From contig JAUCBJ010006683.1 of the NCBI GenBank assembly GCA_032718475.1, positions 58,410-122,409 on the forward strand: a DNA stretch of 64,000 bases. The letters are read 5' to 3'. Position 1 is the first letter of the stretch; each line of letters opens with the position of its first letter. The notes below the pieces were generated by a model. It was not told the origin of the DNA, ran no database searches, and saw only the letters and a program-made list of their open reading frames with translations. A program made the position numbers and the translations under genes. This stretch comes from Nemertoderma westbladi. Its lineage: Eukaryota > Animalia > Xenacoelomorpha. Of this stretch, positions 29,101 to 45,013 are shown one piece after another.

Positions 29101-32100
29101 TATGATGGACTCCATATAGGAGTACTGGTTCTAACTGCCGTATGATGGACTCCATATAGGAGTACTGGTTCTAACTGCTGTATAATGGACTCCATATAGG
29201 AGTACTGGTTCTAACTGCTGTTTGATGGACTCCATATAGGAGTACTGGTTCTATCTTCTGATCGATGGACTCCATATAGGAGTACTGGTTCTAACTGCTG
29301 TATGATGGACTCCATATAGGAGTAACGGTTCTAACTGCTGTATGATGGACTCCATATAGGAGTACTGGTTCTAACTGCTGTATGATGGAATCCATATAGG
29401 AATACTGGTTCCTGGTTCTATCTGCTGATTGATGCTCCATATAGGAGTACTGGTTCTAACTGCTGTATGATGGACTCCATATAGGAGTACTGGTTCTAAC
29501 TGCTGTATGATGGACTCCATATAGGAGTACTGATTCTAACTGCTGTATGATGGACTCCATATAGGAGTTCTAACTGCTGTATGATGGACTCCATTTAGGA
29601 GTACTGGTTCTAACTTTTGTATGATGGACTCCATATAGGAGTACTGATTCTAACTGCTGTATGATGGACTCCATATAGGAGTACTGGTTCTAACTGCTGT
29701 ATGATGGACTCCATATAGGAGTACTGGTTCTAACTGCTGTATGATGGACTCCATATAGGAGTACTGGTTCTAACTGCTGTATGATGGACTCCATATAGGA
29801 GTACTGGTTCTAACTTCTGATTGATGGACTCCATATAGGAGTACTGGTTCTAACTGATGTATGATGGACTCCATATAGGAGTACTGGTTCTAACTGCTGT
29901 ATGATGGACTCCATATAGGAGTACTGGTTCTAACTGCTGTATGATGGACTCCATATAGGAGTACTGGTTCTAACTGCTGTATGATGGACTCCATATAGGA
30001 GTACTGGTTCTAACTTCTGATTGATGGACTCCATATAGGAGTACTGGTTCTAACTGATGTATGATGGACTCCACATAGGAGTACTGGTTCTAACTGCTGT
30101 ATGATGGACTCCATATAGGAGTACTGGTTCTAACTGCTGTATGATGGACTCCATATAGGAGTACTGGTACTAACTTCTGATTGATGGACTCCATAAAGGA
30201 GTACTAGTTCTAACTTCTGATTGATGGACTCCATATAGGAGTACTGGTTCTAACTGCTGTATGATGGACTCCATATAGGAGTACTGGTTCTAACTGCTGT
30301 ATGATGGACTCCATATAGGAGTACTGGTTCTAACTTCTGATTGATGGAATCCATCCATATAGGAGTACTGGTTCTAACTGCTGTATGGACTCCATATAGG
30401 AGTACTGGTTCTAACTGCTGTATGATGGACTCCATATAGGAGTACTGGTTCTAACTGCTGTATGATGGACTCCATATAGGAGTACTGGTTCTAACTGCTG
30501 TATGATGGACTCCATATAGGAGTACTGGTTCTAACTTCTGATTGATGGACTCCATATAGGAGTACTGGTTCTAACTGATGTATGATGGACTCCACATAGG
30601 AGTACTGGTTCTAACTGCTGTATGATGGACTCCATATAGGAGTACTGGTTCTAACTGCTGTATGATGGACTCCATATAGGAGTACTGGTACTAACTTCTG
30701 ATTGATGGACTCCATAAAGGAGTACTAGTTCTAACTTCTGATTGATGGACTCCATAAAGGAGTACTAGTTCTAACTTCTGATTGATGGACTCCATATAGG
30801 AGTACTGGTTCTAACTGCTGTATGATGGACTCCATATAGGAGTACTGGTTCTAACTTCTGATTGATGGACTCCATATAGGAGTACTGGTTCTAACTGATG
30901 TATGATGGACTCCACATAGGAGTACTGGTTCTAACTGCTGTATGATGGACTCCATATAGGAGTACTGGTTCTAACTGCTGTATGATGGACTCCATATAGG
31001 AGTACTGGTACTAACTTCTGATTGATGGACTCCATAAAGGAGTACTAGTTCTAACTTCTGATTGATGGACTCCATATAGGAGTACTGGTTCTAACTGCTG
31101 TATGATGGACTCCATATAGGAGTACTGGTTCTAACTGCTGTATGATGGACTCCATATAGGAGTACTGGTACTAACTTCTGATTGATGGACTCCATAAAGG
31201 AGTACTAGTTCTAACTTCTGATTGATGGACTCCATATAGGAGTACTGGTTCTAACTGCTGTATGATGGACTCCACATAGGAGTACTGGTTCTAACTGCTG
31301 TATGATGGACTCCATATTGGAGTACTGGTTCTATCTGCTGTATGATGGACTCCATATAGGAAGGAGTACTGGTTCTAACTGCTGTATGATGGACTCCATA
31401 TAGGAGTACTGGTTCTAACTTATGATTGATGGACTGACTCCATATAGGAGTACTGGTTCTAACTTCTGATTGATGGACTCCATATAGGAGTACTGGTTCT
31501 AACTGCTGTATGATGGACTCCATATAGGAGTACTGGTTCTAACTGCTGTATGATGGAATCCATATAGGAGTACTGGTTCTAACAGCTGTATGATGGACTC
31601 CATATAGGAGTACTGGTTCTAACTTATGATTGATGGACTGACTCCATATAGGAGTACTGGTTCTAACAGCTGTATGATGGACTCCATATAGGAGTACTGG
31701 TTCTAACAGCTGTATGATGGACTCCATATAGGAGTATTGATTATAACTGCTGTGGACTCCATATAGGAGTACTGGTTCCTGGTTCTATCTGCTGATTGAT
31801 GCTCCATATAGGAGTACTGGTTCTAACTGCTGTATGATGGACTCCATATAGGAGTACTGGTTCTAACAGCTGTATGATGGACTCCATATAGGAGTACTGG
31901 TTCTAACAGCTGTATGATGGACTCCATATAGGAGTACTGGTTCTAACAGCTGTATGATGGACTCCATATAGGAGTATTGATTATAACTGCTGTGGACTCC
32001 ATATAGGAGTACTGGTTCTAACTTCTGATCGATGGACTCCATATAGGAGTACTGGTTCTAACTGCTGTATGATGGACTCCATATAGGAGTACTGGTTCTA

Positions 32101-35100
32101 ACTGCTGTATGATGGACTCCATATAGGAGTACTGGTTCTAACTTCTGATCGATGGACTCCATATAGGAGTACTGGTTCTAACTGCTGTATGATGGACTCC
32201 ATATAGGAGTACTGGTTCTAACTGCCGTATGAAGGACTCCATATAGGAGTACTGGTTCTAACTGCTGTATGATGGACTCCATATAGGAGTACTGATTCTA
32301 ACTGCTGTATGATGGACTCCATATAGGAGTACTGGTTCTAACTGCCGTATGATGGACTCCATATAGGAGTACTGGTTCTAACTGCTGTATGATGGACTCC
32401 ATATAGGAGTACTGATTCTAACTGCTGTATGATGGACTCCATATAGGAGTACTGGTTCTAACTTCTGATCGATGGACTCCATATAGGAGTACTGGTTCTA
32501 ACTGATGTATGATGGACTCCATATAGGAGTACTGGTCCTATATAGGTGTACTGATTCTAACTGCTGTATGATGGTCTCCATATAGAAGTACTGGTTCTGA
32601 CTGCTGTATGATGGACTCCATATAGGAGTACTGGTTCTATCTGCTGTATGATGGACTCCATATAGGAAGGAGTACTGGTTCTAACTGCTGTATGATGGAC
32701 TCCATATAGGAGTACTGGTTCTAACTTCTGATTGATGGACTCCATATAGGAGTACTGGTTCTAACTGCTGTATGATGGACTCCATATAGGAGTACTGGTT
32801 CTAACTGCTGTATGATGGACTCCATATAGGAGTACTGATTCTAACTGCTGTGGACTCCATATAGGAGTACTGGTTCTAATTTCTGATCGATGGACTCCAT
32901 ATAGGAGTACTGGTTCTAACTGCTGTATGATGGACTCCATATAGGAGTACTGGTTCTAACTGCTGTATGATGGACTCCATATAGGAGTACTGGTTCTAAC
33001 TTCTGATCGATGGACTCCATATAGGAGTACTGGTTCTAACTGCTGTATGATGGACTCCATATAGGAGTACTGGTTCTAACTGCCGTATGATGGACTCCAT
33101 ATAGGAGTACTGGTTCTAACTGCTGTATGATGGACTCCATATAGGAGTACTGGTTCTAACTGCTGTATGATGGACTCCATATAGGAGTACTGGTTCTAAC
33201 TTCTGATCGATGGACTCCATATAGGAGTACTGGTTCTAACTGCTGTATGATGGACTCCATATAGGAGTACTGGTTCTAACTGCTGTATGATGGACTCCAT
33301 ATAGGAGTACTGGTTCAAACTTCTGATCGATGGACTCCATATAGGAGTACTGGTTCTAACTGCTGTATGATGGACTCCATATAGGAGTACTGGTTCTAAC
33401 TGCCGTATGATGGACTCCATATAGGAGTACTGGTTCTAACTGCTGTATAATGGAATCCATATAGGAGTACTGGTTCTAACTACTGTATGATGGACTCCAT
33501 ATAGGAGTACTGGTTCTATCTTCTGATCGATGGACTCCATATAGGAGTACTGGTTCTAACTGCTGTATGATGGACTCCATATAGGAGTAATGGTTCTAAC
33601 TGCTGTATGATGGACTCCATATAGGAGTACTGGTTCTAACTGATGTATGATGGACTCCATATAGGAGTACTGGTTCTAACTTCTGTATGATGGACTCCAT
33701 ATAGGAGTACTGGTTCTAACTTCTGATTGATGGACTCCATATAGGAGTACTGGTTCTAACTGCTGTTAACTTCTGATTGATGGACTCCATATAGGAGTAC
33801 TGGTTCTAACTGATGTATGATGGACTCCATATAGGAGTACTGGTTCTAACTTCTGTATGATGGACTCCATATAGGAGTACTGGTTCTAACTTCTGATTGA
33901 TGGACTCCATATAGGAGTACTGGTTCTAACTGCTGTATGATGGACTCCATATAGGAGTTCTAACTGCTGTATGATGGACTCCATATAGGAGTACTGGTTC
34001 TAACTTTTGTATGATGGACTCCATATAGGAGTACTGATTCTAACTGCTGTATGATGGACTCCATATAGGAGTACTGGTTCTAACTTCTGTATGATGGACT
34101 CCATATAGGAGTATTGATTCTAACTGCTGTGGACTCCATATAGGAGTACTGGTTCTAACTTCTGTATGATGGACTCCATATAGGAGTATTGATTCTAACT
34201 GCTGTGGACTCCATATAGGAGTACTGATTCTAACTGCTGTATGATGGACTCCATATAGGAGTATTGATTCTAACTGCTGTGGACTCCATATAGGAGTACT
34301 GGTTCTAACTTCTGATCGATGGACTCCATATAGGAGTACTGGTTCTAACTGCTGTATGATGGACTCCATATAGGAGTACTGGTTCTAACTGCTGTATGAT
34401 GGACTCCATATAGGAGTACTGGTTCTAACTGCTGCATGATGGACTCCATATAGGAGTACTGGTTCTAACTGCTGTATGATGGACTCCATATAGGAGTACT
34501 GATTCTAACTGCTGTATGATGGACTCCATATATGAGTTCTAACTGCTGTATGATGGACTCCATATAGGAGTACTGGTTCTAACTTTTGTATGATGGACTC
34601 CATATAGGAGTACTGATTCTAACTGCTGTATGATGGACTCCATATAGGAGTACTGATTCTAACTTCTGTATGATGGACTCCATATAGGAGTACTGGTTCT
34701 AACTTCTGATTGATGGACTCCATATAGGAGTACTGGTTCTAACTGCTGTTAACTTCTGATTGATGGACTCCATATAGGAGTACTGGTTCTAACTGATGTA
34801 TGATGGACTCCATATAGGAGTACTGGTTCTAACTGCTGTATGATGGACTCCATATAGGAGTACTGGTTCTAACAGCTGTATGATGGACTCCATATAGGAG
34901 TATTGATTCTAACTGCTGTGGACTCCATATAGGAGTACTGGTTCTAACTTCTAATCGATGGACTCCATATAGGAGTACTGATTCTAACTGCTGTATGATG
35001 GACTCCATATAGGAGTACTGGTTCTAACTGCTGTATGATGGACTCCATATAGGAGTACTGGTTCTAACTTCTGATCGATAGACTCCATATAGGAGTACTG

Positions 35101-38100
35101 GTTCTAACAGCTGTATGATGGACTCCATATAGGAGTACTGGTTCTAACTGCCAGATGATGGACTCCATATAGGAGTACTGGTTCTAACTGCTGTATGATG
35201 GACTCCATATAGGAGTACTGATTATAACTGCTGTATGTTGGACTCCATATAGGAGTACTGGTTCTAACTGCTGTATGATGGACTCCATATAGGAGTACTG
35301 GTTCTAACTGTTGATTGATGAACTCCATATAGGAGTACTGATTCTAACTGCTGTATGATGGACTCCATATAAGAGTACTGGTTCTAACTGCTGTATGATG
35401 GACTCCATATAGGAGTACTGGTTCTAACTGCTGTATGATGGACTCCATATAGGAGTACTAGTTCTAACTGCTGTATGATGGACTCCATATAGGAGTACTG
35501 ATTCTAACTGCTGTATGATGGATCCATATAGGAGTACTGGTTCTAACTTCTGATTGATGGACTCCATATAGGAGTACTGGTTCTAACTGCTGTATGATGG
35601 ACTCCATATAGGAGTTCTAACTGCTGTATGATGGACTCCATATAGGAGTACTGGTTCTAACTTTTGTATGATGGACTCCATATAGGAGTACTGATTCTAA
35701 CTGCTGTATGATAGACTCCATATAGGAGTACTGGTTCTAACTTCTGATTGATGGACTCCATATAGGAGTACTGGTTCTAACTGATGTATGATGGACTCCA
35801 TATAGGAGTACTGGTTCTAACTTCTGTATGATGGACTCCATATAGGAGTACTGGTTCTAACTTCTGATTGATGGACTCCATATAGGAGTACTGGTTCTAA
35901 CTGCTGTTAACTTCTGATTGATGGACTCCATATAGGAGTACTGGTTCTAACTGATGTATGATGGACTCCATATAGGAGTACTGGTTCTAACTTCTGTATG
36001 ATGGACTCCATATAGGAGTACTGGTTCTAACTTCTGATTGATGGACTCCATATAGGAGTACTGGTTCTAACTGCTGTATGATGGACTCCATATAGGAGTT
36101 CTAACTGCTGTATGATGGACTCCATATAGGAGTACTGGTTCTAACTTTTGTGTGATGGACTCCATATAGGAGTACTGATTCTAACTGCTGTATGATGGAC
36201 TCCATATAGGAGTACTGGTTCTAACTTCTGTATGATGGACTCCATATAGGAGTATTGATTCTAACTGCTGTGGACTCCATATAGGAGTACTGGTTCTAAC
36301 TTCTGTATGATGGACTCCATATAGGAGTATTGATTCTAACTGCTGTGGACTCCATATAGGAGTACTGATTCTAACTGCTGTATGATGGACTCCATATAGG
36401 AGTATTGATTCTAACTGCTGTGGACTCCATATAGGAGTACTGGTTCTAACTTCTGATCGATGGACTGCATATAGGAGTACTGGTTCTAACTGCTGTATGA
36501 TGGACTCCATATAGGAGTACTGGTTCTAACTGCTGTATGATGGACTCCATATAGGAGTACTGGTTCTAACTGCTGCATAATGGACTCCATATAGGAGTAC
36601 TGGTTCTAACTGCTGTATGATGGACTCCATATAGGAGTACTGATTCTAACTGCTGTATGATGGACTCCATATATGAGTTCTAACTGCTGTATGATGGACT
36701 CCATATAGGAGTACTGGTTCTAACTTTTGTATGATGGACTCCATATAGGAGTACTGATTCTAACTGCTGTATGATGGACTCCATATAGGAGTACTGATTC
36801 TAACTTCTGTATGATGGACTCCATATAGGAGTACTGGTTCTAACTTCTGATTGATGGACTCCATATAGGAGTACTGGTTCTAACTGCTGTTAACTTCTGA
36901 TTGATGGACTCCATATAGGAGTACTGGTTCTAACTGATGTATGATGGACTCCATATAGGAGTACTGGTTCTAACTTCTGTATGATGGACTCCATATAGGA
37001 GTACTGGTTCTAACTTCTGATTGATGGACTCCATATAGGAGTACTGGTTCTAACTGCTGTATGATGGACTCCATATAGGAGTTCTAACTGCTGTATGATG
37101 GACTCCATATAGGAGTACTGGTTCTAACTTTTGTATGATGGACTCCATATAGGAGTACTGATTCTAACTGCTGTATGATGGACTCCATATAGGAGTACTG
37201 GTTCTAACTTCTGATTGATGGACTCCATATAGGAGTACTGGTTCTAACTGATGTATGATGGACTCCACATAAGAGTACTGGTTCTAACTGCTGTATGATG
37301 GACTCCATATAGGAGTACTGGTTCTAACTGCTGTATGATGGACTCCATATAGGAGTACTGGTTCTAACTTCTGATTGATGGGACTCCATAAAGGAGTACT
37401 AGTTCTAACTTCTGATTGATGGACTCTATATAGGAGTACTGGTTCTAACTGCTGTATGATGGACTCCATATAGGAGTACTGGTTCTAACTTCTGATTGAT
37501 GGACACCATATAGGAGTACTGGTTCTAACTGCTGTATGATGGACTCCATATAGGAGTTCTAACTGCTGTATGATGGACTCCATATAGGAGTACTGGTTCT
37601 AACTTTTGTATGATGGACTCCATATAGGAGTACTGATTCTAACTGCTGTATGATGGACTCCATATAGGAGTACTGATTCTAACTGCTGTATGATGGACTC
37701 CATATAGAAGTACTGGTTCTAACTGCTGTATGATGGACTCCATATAGGAGTACTGATTCTAACTGCTTTATGATGGACTCCATATAGGAGTACTGGTTCT
37801 AACTTTTGTATGATGGACTCCATATAGAAGTACTGGTTCTAACTGCTGTATGATGGACTCCATATAGGAGTACTGATTCTAACTGCTGTATGATGGACTC
37901 CATATAGTAGTACTGGTTCTAACTTCTGATTGATGGACTCCATAAAGGAGTACTAGTTCTAACTTCTGATTGATGGACTCCATATAGGAGTACTGGTTCT
38001 AACTGCTGTATGATGGACTCCATATAGGAGTACTGGTTCTAACTGATGTATGATGGACTCCATATAGGAGTACTGGTTCTAACTGCTGTATGATGGACTC

Positions 38101-41100
38101 CATATAGGAGTACTGGTTCTAACTGCTGTATGATGGACTCCATATAGGAGTACTGGTTCTAACTTCTGATTGATGGGACTCCATAAAGGAGTACTAGTTC
38201 TAACTTCTGATTGATGGACTCTATATAGGAGTACTGGTTCTAACTTCTGATTGATGGACACCATATAGGAGTACTGGTTCTAACTGCTGTATGATGGACT
38301 CCATATAGGAGTTCTAACTGCTGTATGATGGACTCCATATAGGAGTACTGGTTCTAACTGCTGTATGATGGACTCCATATAGGAGTACTGGTTCTAACTG
38401 CTGTATGATGGACTCCATATAGGAGTACTGGTTCTAACTTCTGATTGATGGGACTCCATAAAGGAGTACTAGTTCTAACTTCTGATTGATGGACTCTATA
38501 TAGGAGTACTGGTTCTAACTTCTGATTGATGGGACTCCATAAAGGAGTACTAGTTCTAACTTCTGATTGATGGACTCTATATAGGAGTACTGGTTCTAAC
38601 TTCTGATTGATGGACACCATATAGGAGTACTGGTTCTAACTGCTGTATGATGGACTCCATATAGGAGTTCTAACTGCTGTATGATGGACTCCATATAGGA
38701 GTACTGGTTCTAACTGCTGTATGATGGACTCCATATAGGAGTACTGGTTCTAACTGCTGTATGATGGACTCCATATAGGAGTACTGGTTCTAACTTCTGA
38801 TTGATGGGACTCCATAAAGGAGTACTAGTTCTAACTTCTGATTGATGGACTCTATATAGGAGTACTGGTTCTAACTGCTGTATGATGGACTCCATATAGG
38901 AGTACTGGTTCTAACTTCTGATTGATGGACACCATATAGGAGTACTGGTTCTAACTTCTGTATGATGGACTCCATATAGGAGTATTGATTCTAACTGCTG
39001 TGGACTCCATATAGGAGTTCTAACTGCTGTATGATGGACTCCATATAGGAGTACTGGTTCTAACTTTTGTATGATGGACTCCATATAGGAGTACTGATTC
39101 TAACTGCTGTATGATGGACTCCATATAGGAGTACTGATTCTAACTGCTGTATGATGGACTCCATATAGAAGTACTGGTTCTAACTGCTGTATGATGGACT
39201 CCATATAGGAGTACTGATTCTAACTGCTTTATGATGGACTCCATATAGGAGTACTGGTTCTAACTTTTGTATGATGGACTCCATATAGAAGTACTGGTTC
39301 TAACTGCTGTATGATGGACTCCATATAGGAGTACTGATTCTAACTGCTGTATGATGGACTCCATATAGTAGTACTGGTTCTAACTTCTGATTGATGGACT
39401 CCATAAAGGAGTACTAGTTCTAACTTCTGATTGATGGACTCCATATAGGAGTACTGGTTCTAACTGCTGTATGATGGACTCCATATAGGAGTACTGGTTC
39501 TAACTGATGTATGATGGACTCCATATAGGAGTACTGGTTCTAACAGATGTATGATGGACTCCATATAGGAGTACTGATTCTAACTTCTGATTGATGGACT
39601 CCATAAAGGAGTACTAGTTCTAACTTCTGATTGATGGACTCCATATAGGAGTACTGGTTCTAACTGCTGTATGATGGACTCCATATAGGAGTACTGGTTC
39701 TAACTGATGTATGATGGACTCCATATAGGAGTACTGGTTCTAACTGATGTATGATGGACTCCACATAGGAGTACTGGTTCTAACTTCTGATTGATGGACT
39801 CCATAAAGGAGTACTAGTTCTAACTTCTGATTGATGGACTCCATATAGGAGTACTGGTTCTAACTGCTGTATGATGGACTCCATATAGGAGTACTGGTTC
39901 TAACTGATGTATGATGGACTCCATATAGGAGTACTGGTTCTAACTGATGTATGATGGACTCCACATAGGAGTACTGGTTCTAACTTTTGTATGATGGACT
40001 CCATATAGGAGTACTGATTCTAACTGCTGTATGATGGACTCCATATAGGAGTACTGGTTCTAACTTCTGATTGATGGACTCCATAAAGGAGTACTAGTTC
40101 TAACTTCTGATTGATGGACTCCATATAGGAGTACTGGTTCTAACTGCTGTATGATGGACTCCATATAGGAGTACTGGTTCTAACTTCTCATTGATGGACT
40201 CCATATAGGAGTACTGGTTCTAACTGATGTATGATGGACTCCATATAGGAGTACTGGTTCTAACTTCTGTATGATGGACTCCATATAGGAGTACTGGTTT
40301 TAACTTCTGATTGATGGACTCCATATAGGAGTACTGGTTCTAACTGCTGTATGATGGACTCCATATAGGAGTTCTAACTGCTGTATGATGGACTCCATAT
40401 AGGAGTACTGGTTCTAACTTTTGTATGATGGACTCCATATAGGAGTACTGATTCTAACTGCTGTATGATGGACTCCACATAGGAGTACTGGTTCTAACTT
40501 CTGATTGATGGACTCCATATAGGAGTACTGGTTCTAACTGATGTATGATGGACTCCACATAGGAGTACTGGTTCTAACTGCTGTATGATGGACTCCATAT
40601 AGGAGTACTGGTTCTAACTGCTGTATGATGGACTCCATATAGGAGTACTGGTTCTAACTTCTGATTGATGGGACTCCATAAAGGAGTACTAGTTCTAACT
40701 TCTGATTGATGGACTCCATATAGGAGTACTGGTTCTAACTTCTGATTGATGGAATCCATATACGAGTACTGGTTCTAACTGATGTATGATAGACTCCACA
40801 TAGGAGTACTGGTTCTAACTTCTGTATGATGGACTCCATATAGGAGTATTGATTCTAACTGCTGTGGACTCCATATAGGAGTACTGATTCTAACTGCTGT
40901 ATGATGGACTCCATATAGGAGTATTGATTCTAACTGCTGTGGACTCCATATAGGAGTACTGGTTCTAACTTCTGATCGATGGACTCCATATAGGAGTACT
41001 GGTTCTAACTGCTGTATGATGGACTCCATATAGGAGTACTGGTTCTAACTGCTGTATGATGGACTCCATATAGGAGTACTGGTTCTAACTGCTGCATGAT

Positions 41101-44100
41101 GGACTCCATATAGGAGTACTGGTTCTAACTGCTGTATGATGGACTCCATATAGGAGTACTGGTTCTAACTGATGTATGATGGACTCCACATAGGAGTACT
41201 GGTTCTAACTTCTGATTGATGGACTCCATAAAGGAGTACTAGTTCTAACTTCTGATTGATGGACTCCATATAGGAGTACTGGCTCTAACTTCTGATTGAT
41301 GGACTCCATATAGGAGTACTGGTTCTAACTGATGTATGATGGACTCCATATAGGAGTACTGGTTCTAACTGATGTATGATGGACTCCACATAGGAGTACT
41401 GGTTCTAACTTTTGTATGATGGACTCCATATAGGAGTACTGGTTCTAACTGCTGTATGATGGACTCCATATAGGAGTACTAGTTCTAACTGCTGTATGAT
41501 GGACTCCATATAGGAGTACTGATTCTAACTGCTGTATGATGGATCCATATAGGAGTACTGGTTCTAACTTCTGATTGATGGACTCCATATAGGAGTACTG
41601 GTTCTAACTGCTGTATGATGGACTCCATATAGGAGTTCTAACTGCTGTATGATGGACTCCATATAGGAGTACTGGTTCTAACTTTTGTATGATGGACTCC
41701 ATATAGGAGTACTGATTCTAACTGCTGTATGATAGACTCCATATAGGAGTACTGGTTCTAACTTCTGATTGATGGACTCCATATAGGAGTACTGGTTCTA
41801 ACTGATGTATGATGGACTCCATATATGAGTACTGGTTCTAACTTCTGTATGATGGACTCCATATAGGAGTACTGGTTCTAACTTCTGATTGATGGACTCC
41901 ATATAAGAGTACTGGTTCTAACTGCTGTTAACTTCTGATTGATGGACTCCATATAGGAGTACTGGTTCTAACTGATGTATGATGGACTCCATATAGGAGT
42001 ACTGGTTCTAACTTCTGTATGATGGACTCCATATAGGAGTACTGGTTCTAACTTCTGATTGATGGACTCCATATAGGAGTACTGGTTCTAACTGCTGTAT
42101 GATGGACTCCATATAGGAGTTCTAACTGCTGTATGATGGACTCCATATAGGAGTACTGGTTCTAACTTTTGTATGATGGACTCCATATAGGAGTACTGAT
42201 TCTAACTGCTGTATGATGGACTCCATATAGGAGTACTGGTTCTAACTTCTGTATGATGGACTCCATATAGGAGTATTGATTCTAACTGCTGTGGACTCCA
42301 TATAGGAGTACTGGTTCTAACTTCTGTATGATGGAGTCCATATAGGAGTATTGATTCTAACTGCTGTGGACTCCATATAGGAGTACTGATTCTAACTGCT
42401 GTATGATGGACTCCATATAGGAGTATTGATTCTAACTGCTGTGGACTCCATATAGGAGTACTGGTTCTAACTTCTGATCGATGGACTCCATATAGGAGTA
42501 CTGGTTCTAACTGCTGTATGATGGACTCCATATAGGAGTACTGGTTCTAACTGCTGTATGATGGACTCCATATAGGAGTACTGGTTCTAACTGCTGCATG
42601 ATGGACTCCATATAGGAGTACTGGTTCTAACTGCTGTATGATGGACTCCATATAGGAGTACTGATTCTAACTTCTGATTGATGGACTCCATAAAGGAGTA
42701 CTAGTTCTAACTTCTGATTGATGGACTCCATATAGGAGTACTGGTTCTAACTGCTGTATGATGGACTCCATATAGGAGTACTGGTTCTAACTGATGTATG
42801 ATGGACTCCATATAGGAGTACTGGTTCTAACTGATGTATGATGGACTCCACATAGGAGTACTGGTTCTAACTTCTGATTGATGGACTCCATAAAGGAGTA
42901 CTAGTTCTAACTTCTGATTGATGGACTCCATATAGGAGTACTGGTTCTAACTGCTGTATGATGGACTCCATATAGGAGTACTGGTTCTAACTGATGTATG
43001 ATGGACTCCATATAGGAGTACTGGTTCTAACTGATGTATGATGGACTCCACATAGGAGTACTGGTTCTAACTTTTGTATGATGGACTCCATATAGGAGTA
43101 CTGATTCTAACTGCTGTATGATGGACTCCATATAGGAGTACTGGTTCTAACTTCTGATTGATGGACTCCATAAAGGAGTACTAGTTCTAACTTCTGATTG
43201 ATGGACTCCATATAGGAGTACTGGTTCTAACTGCTGTATGATGGACTCCATATAGGAGTACTGGTTCTAACTTCTCATTGATGGACTCCATATAGGAGTA
43301 CTGGTTCTAACTGATGTATGATGGACTCCATATAGGAGTACTGGTTCTAACTTCTGTATGATGGACTCCATATAGGAGTACTGGTTTTAACTTCTGATTG
43401 GTGGACTCCATATAGGAGTACTGGTTCTAACTGCTGTATGATGGACTCCATATAGGAGTTCTAACTGCTGTATGATGGACTCCATATAGGAGTACTGGTT
43501 CTAACTTTTGTATGATGGACTCCATATAGGAGTACTGATTCTAACTGCTGTATGATGGACTCCACATAGGAGTACTGGTTCTAACTTCTGATTGATGGAC
43601 TCCATATAGGAGTACTGGTTCTAACTGATGTATGATGGACTCCACATAGGAGTACTGGTTCTAACTGCTGTATGATGGACTCCATATAGGTGTACTGGTT
43701 CTAACTGCTGTATGATGGAATCCATATAGGAGTACTGGTTCTAACTTCTGATTGATGGGACTCCATAAAGGAGTACTAGTTCTAACTTCTGATTGATGGA
43801 CTCCATATAGGAGTACTGGTTCTAACTTCTGATTGATGGAATCCATATACGAGTACTGGTTCTAACTGATGTATGATAGACTCCACATAGGAGTACTGGT
43901 TCTAACTTCTGTATGATGGACTCCATATAGGAGTATTGATTCTAACTGCTGTGGACTCCATATAGGAGTACTGATTCTAACTGCTGTATGATGGACTCCA
44001 TATAGGAGTATTGATTCTAACTGCTGTGGACTCCATATAGGAGTACTGGTTCTAACTTCTGATCGATGGACTCCATATAGGAGTACTGGTTCTAACTGCT

Positions 44101-45013
44101 GTATGATGGACTCCATATAGGAGTACTGGTTCTAACTGCTGTATGATGGACTCCATATAGGAGTACTGGTTCTAACTGCTGCATGATGGACTCCATATAG
44201 GAGTACTGGTTCTAACTGCTGTATGATGGACTCCATATAGGAGTACTGGTTCTAACTGATGTATGATGGACTCCACATAGGAGTACTGGTTCTAACTTCT
44301 GATTGATGGACTCCATAAAGGAGTACTAGTTCTAACTTCTGATTGATGGACTCCATATAGGAGTACTGGCTCTAACTTCTGATTGATGGACTCCATATAG
44401 GAGTACTGGTTCTAACTGATGTATGATGGACTCCATATAGGAGTACTGGTTCTAACTGATGTATGATGGACTCCACATAGGAGTACTGGTTCTAACTTTT
44501 GTATGATGGACTCCATATAGGAGTACTGGTTCTAACTGCTGTATGATGGACTCCATATAGGAGTACTAGTTCTAACTGCTGTATGATGGACTCCATATAG
44601 GAGTACTGATTCTAACTGCTGTATGATGGATCCATATAGGAGTACTGGTTCTAACTTCTGATTGATGGACTCCATATAGGAGTACTGGTTCTAACTGCTG
44701 TATGATGGACTCCATATAGGAGTTCTAACTGCTGTATGATGGACTCCATATAGGAGTACTGGTTCTAACTTTTGTATGATGGACTCCATATAGGAGTACT
44801 GATTCTAACTGCTGTATGATAGACTCCATATAGGAGTACTGGTTCTAACTTCTGATTGATGGACTCCATATAGGAGTACTGGTTCTAACTGATGTATGAT
44901 GGACTCCATATATGAGTACTGGTTCTAACTTCTGTATGATGGACTCCATATAGGAGTACTGGTTCTAACTTCTGATTGATGGACTCCATATAAGAGTACT
45001 GGTTCTAACTGCT
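26112..45013. repeat. 40-bp tandem satellite array, segment 2
   Basis: Same monomer, orientation and variant set as segment 1. Resumes in phase after the TSD. Confidence 0.98.
30090..35525 (+). repeat. Intra-array segmental duplicate of ~6375-11810 (offset 23715 bp)
   Basis: Same order of rare variants at a constant offset: GGTACT 6451/30166, and ORF-track pairs 6535/30250, 7536/31251, 8842/32557, 9481/33196, 10325/34040, 11389/35104. Boundaries are approximate. Confidence 0.85.
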
